Of a DNA stretch of 64,000 bases, positions 57,801-64,000 are shown one piece after another (the stretch's first letter is position 1; every line of letters begins with the position of its first letter). The notes under the pieces are model-generated. The model was given only the letters and a program-made list of their open reading frames with translations. It was not told where the DNA came from and searched no databases. Where the stretch lies: NCBI RefSeq assembly GCF_964355755.1, contig NC_092675.1:5017812-5081811 (forward strand). The letters are read 5' to 3'. The stretch is from Antedon mediterranea (Eukaryota; Animalia; Echinodermata). Made by a program: the position numbers and the translations under genes.

Positions 57801-60439
57801 CCGCAGTATTTTAATCGCTTCGAAATATTAATGATAATAATGAAGAAAATGATAACAATTTGATTGTTGTAGTGCATGGTTGTAATCTTAATTAACATGG
57901 TAATTATTGTAGCTTTATATATTATTAATTATTATATCATTAATCACAAGTTTAAAAATGTATAGGATCTGGGACCATATTTATCTATTTATGTGCTTAA
58001 CTTGGTTTTAATTAAGTAAATATTTTTTATGAAGTCAGTTTTCGAATTATTACTAATTATTTTCTTAAATATTATATGAGAAATTCCATAAAAAAGATTG
58101 AAAAATAAAACCACAGTTTTTCACTTTTAACTATTTAAGATGATCACAATATAGTGTAGGCCTAATTGATAATGATTTAATGAGTACATTCCTTCTATAA
58201 TGAATAAGTTAAACCTATCCAACATTTAACTGATGAATTACAGCATAGTGAAAGATTCAAGAGCTTAATATCATAATAATTTCCATTCTTATTTAAATCG
58301 TATTAAGGTATAGGGCCAATTAGAGGAAAATTGAATTCATCAGCGCTTGATATTGTTAAAACATTTTTAAAAAATGACATTTCTCAGAGTATATGTTTAC
58401 CAGAATCCTTTGGGACAATTTAAAACATTCATTCAGGCCATGGTGGTCCTAAGAGAGAGTTGCAATAACCTTAACAATTACAACAAACTTAAAGATTATT
58501 GTATTTATTATCTCTAAATTAAATATTTGAAATAATGTCAGCAATCACGCCGGTAGTATCAGTTCAATACCAGTACCGTGTCTACTAAAACCAAATTTGA
58601 TCGTATAGGCCTACATTCTTCTTATATATCGTATCATTATTAAATGGTACCGATATACAAAATTGAACTGAAATTTAAACTTTATTTCGACCTTACACAT
58701 AAAAATAAAATTAACCAATGATTTAAAAAAAACGCCCTCTGGTCGATTTGTAAATGCGACCTCTCACTACCGACCTCTCGTTAGCCGTGGCTTTGCTTAC
58801 CGTACTTTAAACACGCGGTTTTTATGCACCAAATTATGAATATAATCGTTCAGTAAGTAGTTAAGACGCGTTGCTAATTGTTTTATTCTTTAATTTGTGT
58901 CTTGTCATCAAGATGATTAATTGATTATAACGTAGAAGCAAAACACGATAATTAGCATTCTCATTACAATTTTCATAATTCCCCCGATAACATACAAAAA
59001 AAAATTAGATAAATTCTGATAACGCTCTATAAGGACTGATAATGATAAAAAAAATAATAATTAATAGCAGTAATAAGGATACAATTACATTATAACAGGG
59101 CAAATAGGCCTATCCTGTTATTATTTTAATAAAAAAGTTTTTAAATCAAATAAATCTATAGGAACCACCACTAATACGTATGCGGAATTACCATCTTGCG
59201 TGTAAAACTAGATACCAAACGAGACTTTCCGAATCCAACAAACTACATACATAGGCCTAAATACGTCACACACCGCACTTAAATTGCGATTTTTTAATCA
59301 TAATTTATAATAACCACCGAACTGATTTTTAAATATTGTTATTAATGTTTACACTGTATTCTATATTCGCTGTTTATTAAAAAGAAACGATGATATTAAT
59401 GTAAAATTTGAGTATGAATCAATTTTAAAATGACAATTACAATTGCATATGTCATCACGATTACTTCATTATTTACTCATTACTAGTTCAGTCTTTTTTA
59501 AAGACAATGAAGATGACATTTAATTTGAATCTTGCCACCCTCACAAGTTTCAATGTTTACAGAAACACGACCAAAAGTGAAGGATATAGCATAGGCCTAA
59601 ATGGGTATATTGTTAATTAATTCACGTGGATGTATATTAATCACATTTGATTTACACTTGTATTAATAAGTTTAAATAAAGATTAAAAGAATTAAAAAAA
59701 ATCATAGGCTAGAGTGTCGATGTAAAGAGATTTTGTAAACTTAGTTGAATAACACGGTTGGCTATGATACATGGTATAGAATAAAGGCCTATAATACTTC
59801 AGCTAAACCAGAATGGACAAATTAAACAGATCTTAATATTAGTATTAACGATGTAAAGACATTATAATAAGCATACTGAAATTCACCATGATGAATACGA
59901 TTTGTTAATTGGAAATAACAAGAACCACAATTAATAGTCGGGAGTAAAAAAAATTATCAATGACTGGAATAAATATGCAAATTATAATTAACATAACAAA
60001 TCTAAAATCGTAAAATGGCCAGTATTGACCACTGACTCATAATGAATACAATAGAAATGATTGCCGTTGTAATAATCTACGGTATGAGCCTATTGTTATG
60101 AAACATAACAATCGATAACATAATTAAAGAAAATACCGGTAGAATTTCCGTAGACCTAGTTAAACATATCGTACCCGTACCTCATAATATGTATGTTGCT
60201 CAATAGTAATGCTGTTTGTTATGTTATGTTATAATGGTAATTATTCTAATGCATACATCCTTAAATATGAAAAACAATGTCTGATTCAGATACAAAAACA
60301 CTATTCAGGAGCAAAAATTGAAACAAAATATCAGAAATAGTTTGGCATTTGAAATACATACAAATTAAGACTTTCTAAATATCAGTACAGTATACTAAAA
60401 ATTGTATTTCATGAAATAATTATTTGCTATTTATATTTA

Positions 60440-60901
<462 letters not shown>

Positions 60902-61470
60902 TTAAAGAGAAAGATTGAAAGCGCATTGATATAAAAGTTACGATTGCCATCCCCACTGGAATTTTTGAACATTATGTTTTAAAAACTTGCGCCATAAATT
61001 ATTTAGAAAGTGGTCATCAATTGTTATAGTTCTTATAAACGATACTAAAATAAAAGTATATATTATTATTCTATTAACTCTCAGATTATCTTTCAAGAAT
61101 TGGAATATATCTTATTACTTTTGATTCGTATTATGCGACCTTAAAAAGCATTAAATATTTTAAGTACAAACGAACATACAAAATTAACGAATGTAGCATT
61201 TCTGGTTAATACACACAGTAGTAGGACCTTCAACCATCAGTAGGCCCATAATGTATTTGTAAATCAATTTCAGGCAAATATTATGTTTTCATTTTTCTTC
61301 TTGGCTAACCCAGCCCAAGCCTACACTTGGCTTTCATGAGATGAGGATAGAACGCTAGAACAATGTTATGTAGTTGAGCTAAGCTTAATTTACATTACAT
61401 CACTGTTTCTTCTTTCAAATATAGAATAAAAAAAAAGAAATAAATCAATAAAATTGTATTTACATATTGT

Positions 61471-61493
61471 GGGCACAGGTGGAATTGAACCCA
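61471..61493 (-). mobile_element. tRNA-derived SINE remnant (B box) in Pitx intron 1
   Basis: Minus-strand GGGTTCAATTCCACCTGTGCCC, next to an A-rich tract. Confidence 0.3.
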
Positions 61494-63478
61494 TAATATA
61501 CCTATATGATTATTTCAATGCAAAAATGTATGGGCCATATTACATTTAGGCGTATTAACTGTTATAATACAATAAATAATGCCAGATAAAATTGTAACTT
61601 GACAAGCCATGTCCAAGAATACTCGGATAGTAGATACTTTTTAGGCCCAGCAACTTTTTATAAAATGACCTTTATAACCCATACCAGCAGGTATGCGCAT
61701 AGTTTGTCCATCAAAACTGAATCAATTAGCAAAATGAAATCGAACGAATTTAGGTAGCAAAAAGTAAACATTATCACAAAGCAAGATGCTAGATGAGTAT
61801 ACACGGCGATGCGGTCTGTATACGGTCCGGTGACATTAAGTCAATATAGGCCTACAACAACCAGGGTATTGTAATGAAAGCTGGGAAGCGTTCTTTATTA
61901 CTATTAGCTATATTAGATCTCCAAAACATGCTTTGGACAAGGCTAGCAGGAAATTCGTATTAATTAACAACTATAATCTCGAAAGCATATCCCATTGTTA
62001 AATGTGTTATCATTTTGCCGGGATACAGTGAAACTAGAAATGAGAGTATACCCAGTACTGTGTTACCAAACAACATAGGCTACCATCACCCATTGTCCAA
62101 GTGGTCCAGATTGTAAACACCATGGGAACTGGTAGATAGTCCCAATATTACATTGTTAATGGGTGCGAGTTATGGAGGTTATTTAAATGTGTGCCAGGAA
62201 GGAGTGAGTAGAATAGTTCCTCTACGAGCTCACGACCCGGCTGTGGTCAATAGAATAAAAAGGAACTCTCAAACAATAACTATTGCAGTCGATATGCTTC
62301 TATCATATGTTATAGTTATTGAAAGTTGACCAAGGACACTTAGACACCACAAACTGTATTCAACAGGCATATGGTTTCTACAACTTTCACGAAAACTAAA
62401 CCATAATATTCAATATCAATACATGCTATATAAAAACCTCAAAAAGGCATGATAAAGATAATATTACAGGAACAAACATACAGTTGTATTCACCTCAGTA
62501 GTATTATGTATTGGTATATAACTATAACAAAGCGTCATGGCACTGTATATAATATAACACTTTATTTTTCACAGTTCATAACTTGTGCATAGAATATGAA
62601 TATTAAAAATCAACTAGCAAATAAATATAAAAAGTAACTGTAGTTATTATTCAGTGAGGTACCATTGTGTGTCAATTGTGTCCTTCACTGAATACGAACA
62701 CCTTTGTGTATTTGGCAATTAGATAAATGTATTTATCATTCTTCTACCTTTCTAAACGTTCAATTTACCTGTCTGTGTTACACTGATCTATTTTCGAAAG
62801 ATCTTTCTAAATGAATACACATGATTCAACACAATACTTTCATTTACCAAGAAAAGCCTATTAAATGTTATAGAGTAGGCCTACATGTATACCTGGTATA
62901 ATGTATAAGGCCTAGCAGAGTGTGGACCGATGAATATCGTAACATTAACTGTGTAAAGGACCTGGTAAATTAGAAAATAAAATTGATCATGGAACGAGTT
63001 TCAATGGAGTAACCAGATGCAATTATCATTTTGTTATAATGTTAACAGATCATGTCAGCTAACACATTAGATATACAAACTGTCTAAGTTATTGTATAAC
63101 ACTAACAACTATTCTGGGCGCAGGCCTATGGATCAGGAGTAACAACTGAAGGAAAAAATCCTTCAATCTGAGTAATATTTTCTGTTAAATCAGCATGGTG
63201 ATATCTTAAGTCACTAAGATTTGCATTTATGAGGGCTAGGTTGCAACCGATACTGTGTCTGTGCGTTCAACCAGAATCATTGATATAATCCTCAATTGAT
63301 CTGTGCAGGTAATAGGCCTAAGCGATAATTTCTAATCCTAAATAGATCAAGTCATAATTCCAAAACATGCAAGTATAAATTGCTTTACCTAATTAACTCC
63401 TAGTTAGGTGGATCAATGAAAATCCTAGAGATCAAAAGAGATTTACTATGTCTTACAAACAATGATAACACATCTTAC

Positions 63479-63656
63479 GTGATGATAGAGGGGTTGTCGT
63501 CCCTAAGTTGGTCGTCTGTGGCTCAGGGCTTGCTTGGCACTGGGCTGGGGGTTGACTGTGAAGTGTTGTCATATCGGCAAGTCTGGAATGATTTCTGGAT
63601 CCTTCTGAATTCACTAGTTCCTCAAGAATCGGTAGCGAATCGTTCAAACCGTCCAT
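63479..63656 (-). CDS. Pitx: Pitx homeobox transcription factor, coding exon 1 (N-terminus MDGLNDSLPILEELVNS...)
   Basis: ATG at 63656-63654 is in strong Kozak context (AGTATGG) with an in-frame TGA upstream at 63716-63714. The donor C|GTAAGA at 63478 gives a 178-nt phase-1 exon that joins in frame to the homeobox exon (C+CT = Pro). Confidence 0.85.
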
Positions 63657-64000
63657 ACTCGTAATAATCAATGTATCAAAGAGTTCGGTACCTGGTCGTC
63701 GATCGAACCAGGTTCAAAATATAAAGTGCAGAAGTTTATCTAATCTGAATTCAAAAGATCAGCAGATAAATATTGTGGAATTATTTGAAGACCACACCAC
63801 AAAGAACAGATCACACTAACTCCTCCAGAAATTGAGAGACTATGGAATGATTCAATAAAAAATCGCTTGGGTTAATAATAGTCAGTGGCAGACTGTGCTC
63901 TTTCATAAAGCGCACAAACCTATGTTGGTATGCGCATAAAACTTCTATGTGAAATAGACGACATCTCTCAAGTATTACAGTATAGCTAAAATGGGCGGGA
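63657..64000 (-). promoter_or_regulatory. Pitx 5' UTR / proximal upstream region
   Basis: Immediately upstream of the inferred start codon, with a GC box GGGCGG at 63993-63998. The TSS cannot be placed and may lie outside the window. Confidence 0.4.

Noticed and set aside
63451-63456. Alternative donor GTAAGA 22 nt beyond the exon 1 donor
   Set aside because: It would give phase 2, out of frame with exon 2.

Overview
This is AT-rich (roughly 70% A+T by eye) eukaryotic genomic DNA, most likely from an invertebrate deuterostome such as an echinoderm; the taxon is an inference. The only supportable protein-coding gene is a complete three-exon Pitx homeobox gene on the minus strand: CDS 63656-63479, 60864-60641 and 51835-51308, giving 930 nt / 309 aa with a K50 homeodomain and a C-terminal OAR motif. 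It has a probable ~2 kb 3' UTR. The ~49 kb downstream of it is gene-empty and contains MITEs, LINE/SINE relics, short local duplications and a few GC-richer islands with K50-homeodomain sites. Four patterns stand out. (1) TA-xxx(x)-TA words (TAGGCCTA, TAGCCTA/TAGGCTA, TACCGTA/TACCGGTA, TACAGTA/TACTGTA) are in large excess and look like transposon excision footprints; one is seen directly as an indel between paralogous copies. (2) There is a family of 27-30 bp palindromic micro-elements with 7-bp target-site duplications, one in the Pitx 3' UTR. (3) A Penelope-like inverted repeat carries split hammerhead-ribozyme core motifs. (4) A back-to-back double hairpin element has a diverged second copy in a Pitx intron. 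No database searches were possible, so family assignments rest on recognised motifs.
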